In this document: one piece after another, positions 8,748-18,083 of the stretch
Position numbering within the stretch: the stretch's first letter is position 1
Layout: each line of letters starts with the position of its first letter
Assembly (NCBI GenBank): GCA_020348445.1
Contig: CP070751.1
Location: 190,006-254,005 of the forward strand
From: Thermoplasmata archaeon
Lineage (GTDB): Archaea > Thermoplasmatota > Thermoplasmata > GCA-020350865
DNA: 64,000 bases
Direction of reading: 5' to 3'
Translations under genes and position numbers: made by a program
Notes under the pieces: generated by a model
What the model was told of the DNA's origin: nothing
Database searches by the model: none
What the model saw: only the letters and a program-made list of their open reading frames with translations

Positions 8748-11700
8748 ATGGATGGAACCTGGATGAGATTGATTAATAATGATAAAAAATTCTATAAACT
8801 CACAAGGGCTATCCTCGCAATCCTCGTATGCCAGGCTCTCTTTATATCCTTAACACCTTTTTTAGCATTTAATGCTCAGACTGGGGGTTACAGTGGAGAG
8901 CCGAGTCAATACCATACCAATTCAGAAATGGCGTCCGAATTACAGGTAATCAAAGGCAACCATACATCCATAGTAAGACTCTATAATTTAACCACCACTT
9001 TTGAAGGTAGAACGTTGTGGGCTGTTAAGATCTCAGATGGATTTGTAACCGAGGCTGAGGACTACAATGATCCCGAAGAGCCCGACGTGCTGTTTATAGG
9101 AGGGCAAAAGGCCAATTCTTTTATATCTGTTGAAATGGCAATTTATCTTATAAATCATCTCACAGACAAATATGGTGAGGACGATCACGTAACAGACCTA
9201 GTCAACAACAGGGAGATTTGGATTATTCCCATGTTAAATCCCGATGGTCATGTGTATGTGGAAGAAGGTAATGAGGATTGGGAGAAGAACAGAAGAGATA
9301 ATGGAGGCGGTAATTTTGGGGTTAATTTGGACAGGAACTACGAATACATGTGGGGAGGTGCTGGCTCAAGCGGTGATCCATCTGATGTGAGCTATAGAGG
9401 ATCTGAGCCATTCTCCGAGAAAGAGACCCAGGCCCTTAGAACACTGGTTGAAAATCAAGATTTTGTTTTTTCATTGACCTTTGAAAGTTTTGGTGAGACT
9501 ATAACATACCCATGGGGCCATACCAGCACGCCCTCACCTGACGAAAATCTTCTTTTAGAAATTGCATCTGATATGGCGATGTACACAGAATACGATGTAA
9601 TACAAAGCGGGGATGTAGAAATAACCCATGGCAACTTAAATGACTGGCTCCATAATAAAACCGATGTTCTTCCATTTACGGTATTTGCAGGGACAGAGAA
9701 CATCCCTGACGAGGAAAATATAGAGGAAATCGCAGAAAAGAACATCCCTTCATGCCTTTACCTAATCGATATCTCTGACAACCCCCTTCGGGCGAAAAAA
9801 GCCGAATGGACATTTTTGGTGTACATGAGTGCTGACAACGATCTAGAAGGGGATGGAATAAGAGATATCAATGAAATGGAGCTTGTTGGCTCTAACCCAT
9901 ATTTGAATATCATTGTTCAGTGCGATAGGGCAGTTGGAGGTAACGATTCAAACGGGGACTGGACGAATACCAGTAGGTTCCTTATTATGAAGGATGACGA
10001 TGTTGATATAATCAATTCCCCAGTAATCGAGTATCTTGGCGAGATGAACATGGCAGATCCGCAGACTCTGCGTGACTTCGTTAATTGGGGTTTTACCAAT
10101 TTTCCGGCTGAGCGTTATTTTTTAGACATCTGGGGTCATGGCCAAGGATGGCAAGGTGTGTCAAAGGATAAATCTGATTGGCTTGAAATGAACGAGATAA
10201 AATCTGTATTACCCAATTTTTTAGAAAGGATTGACGTGGTGGGCTTTGACAATTGTAACATGGCCATGATCGAAGTCTATACTCAATTTCTGGGTTATAC
10301 AGACTATATCGTGGGTTCAGAAAAGGAAGAGGATGCCTGGGGCTGGCCCTATGATTGGATTTTCTCGGAAATAGTGTCTAATCCTCAAATCTCTCCAGTT
10401 AATTTATCAACTTTCATTGCAGAATCTTATGTTGAATGGTCAGTTAACCTAAGTTACTATTCAGCCACTGCTTCTGTTGTTGATATGAGTTATCTATCCG
10501 AAGTGATCAACAGAACAGATGAACTTGCAAGGGACATTAACTGGACCTTTGCCTTGTATTCAGATGAGATAGTCTGGGCGATATCAGAAACCGAAAGATA
10601 TGGAAAGCCTCCCAATCCAAATGATCTGTACCATTTCTTGGAATTGATAGAGGAAAGGGTCCCAAATAAACCAATACAGATCAAGGCAGAAAATGCAATA
10701 AAAGCTATTGAGACCATGGTTGTGGCTGAGCGTCATCTAACCAAGGAATCTGATATGAGCGTTGAAAACGCCCATGGGATAGCTGTATGGCTTTATCAGG
10801 GTGGCTCGGCCTCAGATTTCGCAGATTATCAGACTTTGGACTTTGCAAAGCTCACCCACTGGGATGAATTCTTAGCAAAGACAAAGAATCCACCTCCTAA
10901 ACCATATGCATTATTTCCCCTGGACTATACCCTCTCCGATTCTGATAACGATGAAAATATGGATACCATCGACCTAGAGTATTCTACAAATATCACAGGC
11001 CTTAACGTGACAGTGGGTGTTTACAGCAGTGACAACGAACATATCATAACATTCAACACACCCAATACACTACAAGGCGAGAATTATCACTGCTCCTTCA
11101 ATCCATATGACTACGATTACCCCTCGGACTACTACAATTTTTACGCATATATTGTAAACGATACCAATATGCCGCAGAATTACTCACAGGTAGTCGATGT
11201 TTGGCTGGGGAACGAAAAGCCCGATGTATATTTGAAGAACATCACATTTTACAGAAAGGATGGTGTATTGGTAGGTGGCAATACAGGTAAACGGCCTATA
11301 GACGGCGAGAACACCGTAATCAAAGCCGATATCGCAAACAACGGCGATACCCCCTTATTGAATGTAAAAATCGAATTCTTTGAAGGGGAAATTCTTATTG
11401 CCACAGATCAATTAGACTTGAATCTAGGTGAGGAAAAGAGCGTGTCCACATCATGGTTGGCAAGGGTTGGAGAACGTGAAATCAAGGTAGTGGCGGATGG
11501 CGATAATAACATTAAAGAGGTGAATGAGAGCAACAACGAAATTATCGAGATCGTGGATGTCAAGTCAATTACACCAACAAATCCACTTATAATAAGGGGT
11601 AAAGTATACAACAGAGACGATATCAACATCATAGGTGCCAAAGTCCAGATTAAGAACCTCCGCACCAACGCTACGATAAACAAAACCACGAGTGAGAAGG

Positions 11701-11963
11701 GCTACAAGGCTGAGTTGCCTCCAGATTGGTACCTCGAAGGTGACAGGATAGACGTCAAGGCCTCATATGCCTCTGCCAAGGATAATATCACGATTATCGC
11801 GTATTCTGAAGATGGCGAGGTCTGGGTGAACATAACCCTGGATACAGAGGTGTACGACGCCCTATACTACTTCAAACTCGCTCTTATAGTCTTTGAGATA
11901 ATCGGTTTTATTCTTGTAATCAAGTATTACATCGGAATGAAACGGCAGAAAGGCGGGGTATGA
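8748..11963 (+). CDS. Secreted, membrane-anchored multidomain protease: degenerate M14 carboxypeptidase + clostripain (C11) + CARDB/Ig-like + C-terminal TM
   Basis: M14-like block (FEGRTLWAVKISD, NNREIWIIPMLNPDG). C11 block (WTFLVYMSADNDLE, WGHG, FDNCNM). CARDB-like (DGDNNIKEVNESNN). C-terminal hydrophobic helix. Confidence 0.85.
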   Translation: MDGTWMRLINNDKKFYKLTRAILAILVCQALFISLTPFLAFNAQTGGYSGEPSQYHTNSEMASELQVIKGNHTSIVRLYNLTTTFEGRTLWAVKISDGFVTEAEDYNDPEEPDVLFIGGQKANSFISVEMAIYLINHLTDKYGEDDHVTDLVNNREIWIIPMLNPDGHVYVEEGNEDWEKNRRDNGGGNFGVNLDRNYEYMWGGAGSSGDPSDVSYRGSEPFSEKETQALRTLVENQDFVFSLTFESFGETITYPWGHTSTPSPDENLLLEIASDMAMYTEYDVIQSGDVEITHGNLNDWLHNKTDVLPFTVFAGTENIPDEENIEEIAEKNIPSCLYLIDISDNPLRAKKAEWTFLVYMSADNDLEGDGIRDINEMELVGSNPYLNIIVQCDRAVGGNDSNGDWTNTSRFLIMKDDDVDIINSPVIEYLGEMNMADPQTLRDFVNWGFTNFPAERYFLDIWGHGQGWQGVSKDKSDWLEMNEIKSVLPNFLERIDVVGFDNCNMAMIEVYTQFLGYTDYIVGSEKEEDAWGWPYDWIFSEIVSNPQISPVNLSTFIAESYVEWSVNLSYYSATASVVDMSYLSEVINRTDELARDINWTFALYSDEIVWAISETERYGKPPNPNDLYHFLELIEERVPNKPIQIKAENAIKAIETMVVAERHLTKESDMSVENAHGIAVWLYQGGSASDFADYQTLDFAKLTHWDEFLAKTKNPPPKPYALFPLDYTLSDSDNDENMDTIDLEYSTNITGLNVTVGVYSSDNEHIITFNTPNTLQGENYHCSFNPYDYDYPSDYYNFYAYIVNDTNMPQNYSQVVDVWLGNEKPDVYLKNITFYRKDGVLVGGNTGKRPIDGENTVIKADIANNGDTPLLNVKIEFFEGEILIATDQLDLNLGEEKSVSTSWLARVGEREIKVVADGDNNIKEVNESNNEIIEIVDVKSITPTNPLIIRGKVYNRDDINIIGAKVQIKNLRTNATINKTTSEKGYKAELPPDWYLEGDRIDVKASYASAKDNITIIAYSEDGEVWVNITLDTEVYDALYYFKLALIVFEIIGFILVIKYYIGMKRQKGGV

Positions 11964-12006
11964 AAACCTATTTACTTTTAATCTACCATTTAGGTTGCGT
12001 GCTTTT

Positions 12007-13242
12007 ATGGAGATAAATTGCGATCTGCACATTCACAGCAAGTACTCCATTGGATCCAGCAAGAACATGAGCATTGAATTGCTCTCCACTGAGGCAAAAA
12101 AGAAAGGGATCCAGCTTCTGGCAACTGGAGACTGCCTTCATTCAGGCTGGCTTAAGGAAATAAAAGAGCTGGAAGAAATCGATGATGGCACTTTTGAAAT
12201 GAATGGAACCAGATTTGTTCTGACCACAGAGGTTGAGGATAATCATAGGGTTCATCATCTCCTGATCTTCCCCTCGCTTTCCTCAACTTTAGATTTTCGC
12301 AAGAAGATCGCATCCAGTTCACCAAATCTAGATACAGATGGAAGACCCAATATAGCCATGGATGGCGAGGAAATAGCTCAGCTTGCCAAGGATGTCGAAG
12401 CTCTGATAGGTCCCTCTCACGCATTCACTCCATGGACTGCACTATACGCATATCATGACTCCCTGAGCTCCTGTTATGGTGATTTAGAGGATTATATATC
12501 CTTTGTGGAGCTGGGTCTTTCTGCAGACACCCACTATGCAGACAGAATCGCCGAGCTTGGGAGATTATCTTTCCTTACAAATTCAGATGCACATTCCCCC
12601 TATCCAATTAGATTGGCCAGGGAATTCAACAGGTTCCATGTAAAAGACCTCACCTATACCGAGCTTAAAAAAGCGCTTCTTAGGAAAGGTGGAAGAAAAC
12701 CGATTTTGAATGTGGGCCTTCCTCCCCAAGAAGGGAAATACAACGAAAGCGCCTGTATAAAATGCTTTACACATTACACTCTCAGAGAGGCCATGATGCA
12801 CAAGTGGAAATGCACAAAATGCGGAAAAAGAATAAAAAAAGGGGTAAAGGACAGGGTGAATGAGATCGCAACCTACGAATTACCAAAACACCCATCTCAT
12901 AGACCCAAGTATTTGTACCTGGTCCCCCTTGCCGAGATCATATCCAAGGCAATTGGACAAAAATCACCCCAAACCAAAACCGTGTTCAAATTCTGGGATG
13001 CTTTAATTTCTGAATTTAATGATGAGGTGTCTGTACTGGTGGACGTGGATATCGAAGATATTGCGAAAGTCACGGATGAGAGGGTGACAGATGCAATATC
13101 AGCTCTCAGAAAAGGGAGGGTGATTATCCACCCAGGTGGAGGGGGGCAATACGGACATGTGGAGTTTCCAGGTGAAGATTACGAGCCCGAAGCTGAACAA
13201 AAAGAGAAGAGAGAAGGGCAGATGAGTCTTTTTGAGTTCTGA
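12007..13242 (+). CDS. Endonuclease Q family (TIGR00375-like) PHP-domain nuclease
   Basis: DLHIHSKYS, HAFTPW, ELGLSAD, NSDAHS, Zn finger CIKC...CTKC, KGVKDRV. Confidence 0.9.
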   Translation: MEINCDLHIHSKYSIGSSKNMSIELLSTEAKKKGIQLLATGDCLHSGWLKEIKELEEIDDGTFEMNGTRFVLTTEVEDNHRVHHLLIFPSLSSTLDFRKKIASSSPNLDTDGRPNIAMDGEEIAQLAKDVEALIGPSHAFTPWTALYAYHDSLSSCYGDLEDYISFVELGLSADTHYADRIAELGRLSFLTNSDAHSPYPIRLAREFNRFHVKDLTYTELKKALLRKGGRKPILNVGLPPQEGKYNESACIKCFTHYTLREAMMHKWKCTKCGKRIKKGVKDRVNEIATYELPKHPSHRPKYLYLVPLAEIISKAIGQKSPQTKTVFKFWDALISEFNDEVSVLVDVDIEDIAKVTDERVTDAISALRKGRVIIHPGGGGQYGHVEFPGEDYEPEAEQKEKREGQMSLFEF

Positions 13243-13257
13243 GATATTGGGAATAAA

Positions 13258-13947
13258 TTAATCGCGGATTTTCCTTTTAAATCTCTTTCTAAAAAGGAAC
13301 TTCAGGTTTCTCCAGCCATCATTCCAGCTCTGAAGCTTGGCCTCCCCCTTTCTCATCCTGTAAATTACTGGAATTTCCCTGGCTCTTAGTTCCTTTTTCC
13401 ATGCCTCGATTTTTATTTCCTCGGACAAAGGCATACCGTCACTGGTCAGGTTGATTTTCTCGAGTATGCTTCTTCTAAAGATCCACATTCCCGATTGGGA
13501 ATCCTTGATGCGCATGCTGAAGAGGATATTGGTTGTTACCTTCAAGATCCAGTTTCCCAGCCTGTGCTTGGCAGACATCACTCCCTTTTCCAGCTTGGAA
13601 AGTCTATCGCATGTTATAAAATCTAAATTCTCTGTATCCAGGATTCTGACCAGGCCGGGAATGTCCTCAGCAGGATAGGTGCAGTCAGCATCCAAAGTTG
13701 CTATTACCTCACCTTCTGCCTTCTCGAACCCTGTTTTGTAGGCTCTCCCGTATCCCCGTCTCGGTTCATCAATGATCTTTGCTCCCTTGGAGCGAGCGAT
13801 TTCCCTTGTCCTGTCCTTGGAGTTGGTATCCACAACCAAAACCTCATATCCACCCTCAAAATCCTTCATGGAATCGTTTATGGTGTCCATAACCTCCCCT
13901 ATCGAAGCCTCTTCGTTCATGGTCGGTATGATTATGGATACCCTCAA
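13258..13947 (-). CDS. GT2 glycosyltransferase, DPM1-like
   Basis: IIIPTMNEE, VVDTNSKD, GYGRAYKTG, DAD motif, DSQSG. Confidence 0.9.
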   Translation of the reverse strand: MRVSIIIPTMNEEASIGEVMDTINDSMKDFEGGYEVLVVDTNSKDRTREIARSKGAKIIDEPRRGYGRAYKTGFEKAEGEVIATLDADCTYPAEDIPGLVRILDTENLDFITCDRLSKLEKGVMSAKHRLGNWILKVTTNILFSMRIKDSQSGMWIFRRSILEKINLTSDGMPLSEEIKIEAWKKELRAREIPVIYRMRKGEAKLQSWNDGWRNLKFLFRKRFKRKIRD

Positions 13948-14095
13948 TGTATCGCCTGAACCGAGGGTAATTTTTGTTATTATTTAATGATTTCTGCCAA
14001 TTTGAGCCGTTATTAGAAAGAACTGTTTTAACTGGAATAAATAGCTGATAAAAAGGTAGAATTACCTTATTCCTATATGTATAATCAATATTTGG

Positions 14096-14875
14096 TCATT
14101 TATTTTTACGGCTGAATACCTTGCAAGTGAAGTAACCCAAAAGAGCAATTCCCAACCTAGTAACATACCAGAAGGTCATATGTGCCTTTAACATCTCAAC
14201 AGGGCGGTAGCTCTTCCAAAGTCTACCATGCTTTAACGTCAACTGTTTTCTGCCGAAACCGTTCCAGAAAGCCTGTTTAAAGAATCCTAAGAGGTTGCTT
14301 CTCGTTCTATGATAGACCATTGCATGCTCTTTATATATCAGCTTGGCGCCTTTGTCAACTGCTCTGTAATTCAAATCAATATCCTCTGCTGTTCTGAACC
14401 ATGAATCAAATCCATCTATCTTATCAAATACTTCTTTTTTATAGGTTAGGTTGCAGCTTGGGAACGTAAGATCAAATCCTTTGTAGTACAATTCCACACG
14501 ATCTAGGTCCTCAAAGGCCTTGTTACCTATGTTTATGGTCTTGCCGGCCACTATATCCCCCTCTTCCAATCCCTTCCTCATTTCCGCGATCCACACATGA
14601 TGTGCAATACAGTCACCGTCTATAAAAGCCAGAGCCTCGCCCTTTGCCATCTTGGCCCCAAAATTCCTGGATTCGCCCCTGGTTCCCCCGTGTTCAAATA
14701 TTCTTATAAAATCATGGTCCTTGGCATAGCTTCTTGCTATTTCCACGGTCCTGTCTTCGCTTGCCGAATCGACTATTAGGATTTCTAAGGGCTGCTCCTG
14801 GGTAACCAGACTGTCCAGAAGATTAGGCAGGTTCCGCTCTTCGTTTCTGACGGTTATTATTATACTTATCAGCAT
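14096..14875 (-). CDS. GT2 glycosyltransferase
   Basis: IIITVRNEE, IVDSASED, FIDGD, AEDID. Confidence 0.9.
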   Translation of the reverse strand: MLISIIITVRNEERNLPNLLDSLVTQEQPLEILIVDSASEDRTVEIARSYAKDHDFIRIFEHGGTRGESRNFGAKMAKGEALAFIDGDCIAHHVWIAEMRKGLEEGDIVAGKTINIGNKAFEDLDRVELYYKGFDLTFPSCNLTYKKEVFDKIDGFDSWFRTAEDIDLNYRAVDKGAKLIYKEHAMVYHRTRSNLLGFFKQAFWNGFGRKQLTLKHGRLWKSYRPVEMLKAHMTFWYVTRLGIALLGYFTCKVFSRKNK

Positions 14876-15185
14876 GATTTCTCAGAGTTACAAATTCTAC
14901 AACTATTTCATTGTTTCGATAAAGTTGTCTATTACCCGAAGTGGCAAATATCCCATCCTTAACATCGATATTCTGCTTCTTTTTAATTATTGGGCGGGAG
15001 GAGGGGGTTTTGGATGGAGGGCATATTGGGGGCCCATAGGCTTAAGATATCGACACTTTATCATGTAGGAAATAGAATGGGCCACGAGGGTGGGGATTTT
15101 GGATGGAGGGAGCCATACATTTTTAAAAAATCAAAAGAGAGATATACCATAAGGATATATGCGAAGGAAAAGGTGAGAAATAGGC

Positions 15186-16262
15186 ATGGAAAATGAGAAT
15201 AAGGATGATCTCCCCTTTGTCTCAGTGGTAATGACGGTCTTGAACATGGAGAGGACTATTAAAGAATGCTTAGAATCCCTAATTAATCTGGATTATCCCA
15301 AGAATAAGTACGAGATAATCGTTGTTGACGGAAAATCAAAGGACCGCACAAAGGAGATAGTACAGTCCATTATTGACGATACCAAAGAACCTGAAATCCG
15401 CCTATATGAAAAAGAGGGGCTTGTGGGAGTGGGCCGAAACGAGGCCTTTTCCCATTCAAAAGGGGATTTCATTGCCATAACTGATGGGGACATGGTTGTC
15501 CCCTCAGATTGGTTATCCAATTTAATTGACGGATTCGAAGATGATGTGGCTGGTGTCGGGGGACCCAACGATAATGCGGATAAATCTCTTATTACAACGG
15601 CTATATCCTGTATAGATGTTCAGGGGCCCTCGAATGATGTGGTTCCATTATTTGGTGATAATCCTTATACAGAAGAGAAGTTAAGCGGCTCTGATGTTTA
15701 CACAACAGTATGCAGAAATACAGCATACCGAAAGAAAGTGCTGGATGATATAAAAGGTTTTGACGAGCGGATAATCTCATGTGATGATCCAGAGCTCAAT
15801 ATAAAGATATTGAAAAAGGGCTATAAATTGAAGTACACCCCAAATGCCCTTGTAAAACATCACCACAGATCCTCAATTTCGGGATTTTACAGGCAGCAGA
15901 GACGCTATGCTGTAAGCCAGGCAATCGTTAATAAAATACATCCCGAGCTTTATCGACGCATTCAACCTCTGCCTTTTGTGGCCTTTATTTTTCTACTTAT
16001 TCTGATTGCTTCTTCATTTTTTGTTCCCAACCTCATCTATTTAGTATTTCTTATTATCGTGGTGTATGCAGCGTTATATCTGGGATATGGACTCAAATGC
16101 GCCATGATTAAGCACGAGCTCAGGCTCATATATCTCATTCCCATCATAGTATTGGCATGGCACTGGGCCTGGGTTGTGCATTACCCCAAGGGATTGATAT
16201 TCAGAAAAAAGGTGCTTTCTGGGGATGAGGAATTTATCAAGAAATTTTCCAAGATGTACTAG
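15186..16262 (+). CDS. GT2 glycosyltransferase with C-terminal TM helices
   Basis: VVMTVLN, VVDGKSKD, ITDGD, DDPELN, RQQRRY, hydrophobic C-terminus. Confidence 0.9.
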   Translation: MENENKDDLPFVSVVMTVLNMERTIKECLESLINLDYPKNKYEIIVVDGKSKDRTKEIVQSIIDDTKEPEIRLYEKEGLVGVGRNEAFSHSKGDFIAITDGDMVVPSDWLSNLIDGFEDDVAGVGGPNDNADKSLITTAISCIDVQGPSNDVVPLFGDNPYTEEKLSGSDVYTTVCRNTAYRKKVLDDIKGFDERIISCDDPELNIKILKKGYKLKYTPNALVKHHHRSSISGFYRQQRRYAVSQAIVNKIHPELYRRIQPLPFVAFIFLLILIASSFFVPNLIYLVFLIIVVYAALYLGYGLKCAMIKHELRLIYLIPIIVLAWHWAWVVHYPKGLIFRKKVLSGDEEFIKKFSKMY

Positions 16263-16266
16263 ATAA

Positions 16267-17637
16267 TTATCTTTTCTTTCTTCTTCCTTTTCCTTTACTT
16301 TTGCCCCTTCCTTTTGGTCTGCCTCTCCCTTTAGCCGGTGGTCTTCTTGCTGTTTGTGGTCCTCTACCCTTTGTTCCAGGGGATCTTGCTGGGTGCCCTC
16401 TGGGTGCCTGTTTGGAAGCACCTGGCCCAACCCTATTTTGTTGAGGGGGATATGATTGCCTTACGGTAGGGGTTTTTTGGGGGCGCGCTATTGGTTGCAC
16501 GGCTGCACATCCATGCCTTGCTCCCCCCTGAGAACCTGCATTTATTGGGGATTTTGTTTCTTTTAGCTCCTCTTTTGGTATTACGGGCTTGCTTGGATGG
16601 AGTTGCTCAGTCTTTTTTTCGACCTCGGGTATTGGTTGTGTTTGAGCAGGAGTATTAGAAGGCAAATCCTGTTGCGGAGCGAAAGCAGACTCATTAAAGT
16701 TCAAAATATCTGTCTGTGAATATGGTGACTCAGCAACTCGTGTATGCGGTGGGGCGGTAACTGGAGCTGGTTGTGGATATCCTTGTTGAGGTGCAGATGC
16801 TCCCAGATAGCAATTCATTTGGTTTGGCTGGCCATATGATGGTTGAGTTGTTTGTGCAGGTTGTGGAGAATTTGCCGGTAATGATTGTAAAGATGCAATC
16901 ACAGCGCCTGGTGTTGGCTGGGGAGAGTATGCTGGAGTTTGTTGAACTGATGTAGCTGGAACCTGCGAGGGAGCTGGTTGTGGTGAATAAGTGGGCTCCT
17001 GCTCAGCCTGCTCAACTTCCAATCGCTTGGGTTTTATCTTCAATTTTAATGTGGATGGTCCCTGTTTTATCAGGTTCCAACCCCCTTTTACCAGGGCGGC
17101 GCCTATAAGGAACATCACAAGATGAAGCATACCCAATAAAAACGCTGCTGCCAAAGGGACAATGAAATTACTATCAAAATCAAAGGAAATATCACCGTCC
17201 TCAGGTTCGCTTCTTCCACCGCCATTATTACCTAATGCAACATTAACATCTGAATAAGTTGTGCTTGATTCCCCATTTTCATCCTCTACAGTAAGGCTGA
17301 CTTCATAATCACCATTTGATTGAAAGGTATGCTGAGGATTTTGATCGTTACTTGTCTCTCCGTCTCCGAAGTCCCATTCCCAGCTGGAAATAGGTGCATC
17401 TCCTTCTTTAGACTTGTCCCTGAAATCCACACTCAGGTCGTTTGTGTCCCAAGAGAATTGGGCGTTAGGGCCCTGTGTGTTTTCCTCTTCCTGTGGAAAC
17501 TGCTCCTCAAAATAGGCTCCTGGGCTTTGCACTATAGCCATTGCGCTGGTTAATACCCAAAGCAGGATCACGATTCCAGAGACAAGCAGAAAAATCCCGA
17601 TAATCATCCCTATCTTTTCGTTGTTCATGAATATCAT
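16267..17637 (-). CDS. Membrane protein with PKD domain, P/Q-rich tail and basic C-terminus
   Basis: TM, PKD motif SWEWDFGDG...NPQHTF...VSLTV, second TM, low-complexity tail ending KGRGRPKGRGKSKGKGRRKKR. Confidence 0.8.
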   Translation of the reverse strand: MIFMNNEKIGMIIGIFLLVSGIVILLWVLTSAMAIVQSPGAYFEEQFPQEEENTQGPNAQFSWDTNDLSVDFRDKSKEGDAPISSWEWDFGDGETSNDQNPQHTFQSNGDYEVSLTVEDENGESSTTYSDVNVALGNNGGGRSEPEDGDISFDFDSNFIVPLAAAFLLGMLHLVMFLIGAALVKGGWNLIKQGPSTLKLKIKPKRLEVEQAEQEPTYSPQPAPSQVPATSVQQTPAYSPQPTPGAVIASLQSLPANSPQPAQTTQPSYGQPNQMNCYLGASAPQQGYPQPAPVTAPPHTRVAESPYSQTDILNFNESAFAPQQDLPSNTPAQTQPIPEVEKKTEQLHPSKPVIPKEELKETKSPINAGSQGGARHGCAAVQPIARPQKTPTVRQSYPPQQNRVGPGASKQAPRGHPARSPGTKGRGPQTARRPPAKGRGRPKGRGKSKGKGRRKKR

Positions 17638-18083
17638 GATTGAAAAGAAAGCCTGGGTGGTATCTATTTTTCGACCTGATTATCAATTATCGAATTGTAA
17701 AGTTGCAGGTTCATTCCTTGCCGTATCTTCTTTTGAAGTCCTCGTAAGTTTCTTCAGATATCTTGGCTTTTTTGTACTTTTTCTTGATCTTTTCGAAGAT
17801 TTCATCGTCTGGTATGTCCTTGGATGGAACTTGTAGAATCCAAACCCTCTGTATCCAAAAACAGCGACAGGACCATAATCAAATACGAGCTTTCCAGTGC
17901 CTGCCTTCAGCTTTTAGAGTCCATTGATAACGATGTAAATAACTATTATAACCAAAAATAAGGGATCTAGACATACTTTTGGCAACCGATGAAATTAATG
18001 AGAATGAATATCTAGAAAACAAAAAGAAACTAGAGCTGGAAATGAAGAAGGCAAAAAAGGACCTATGGTGAGAAAAGGTTTTT

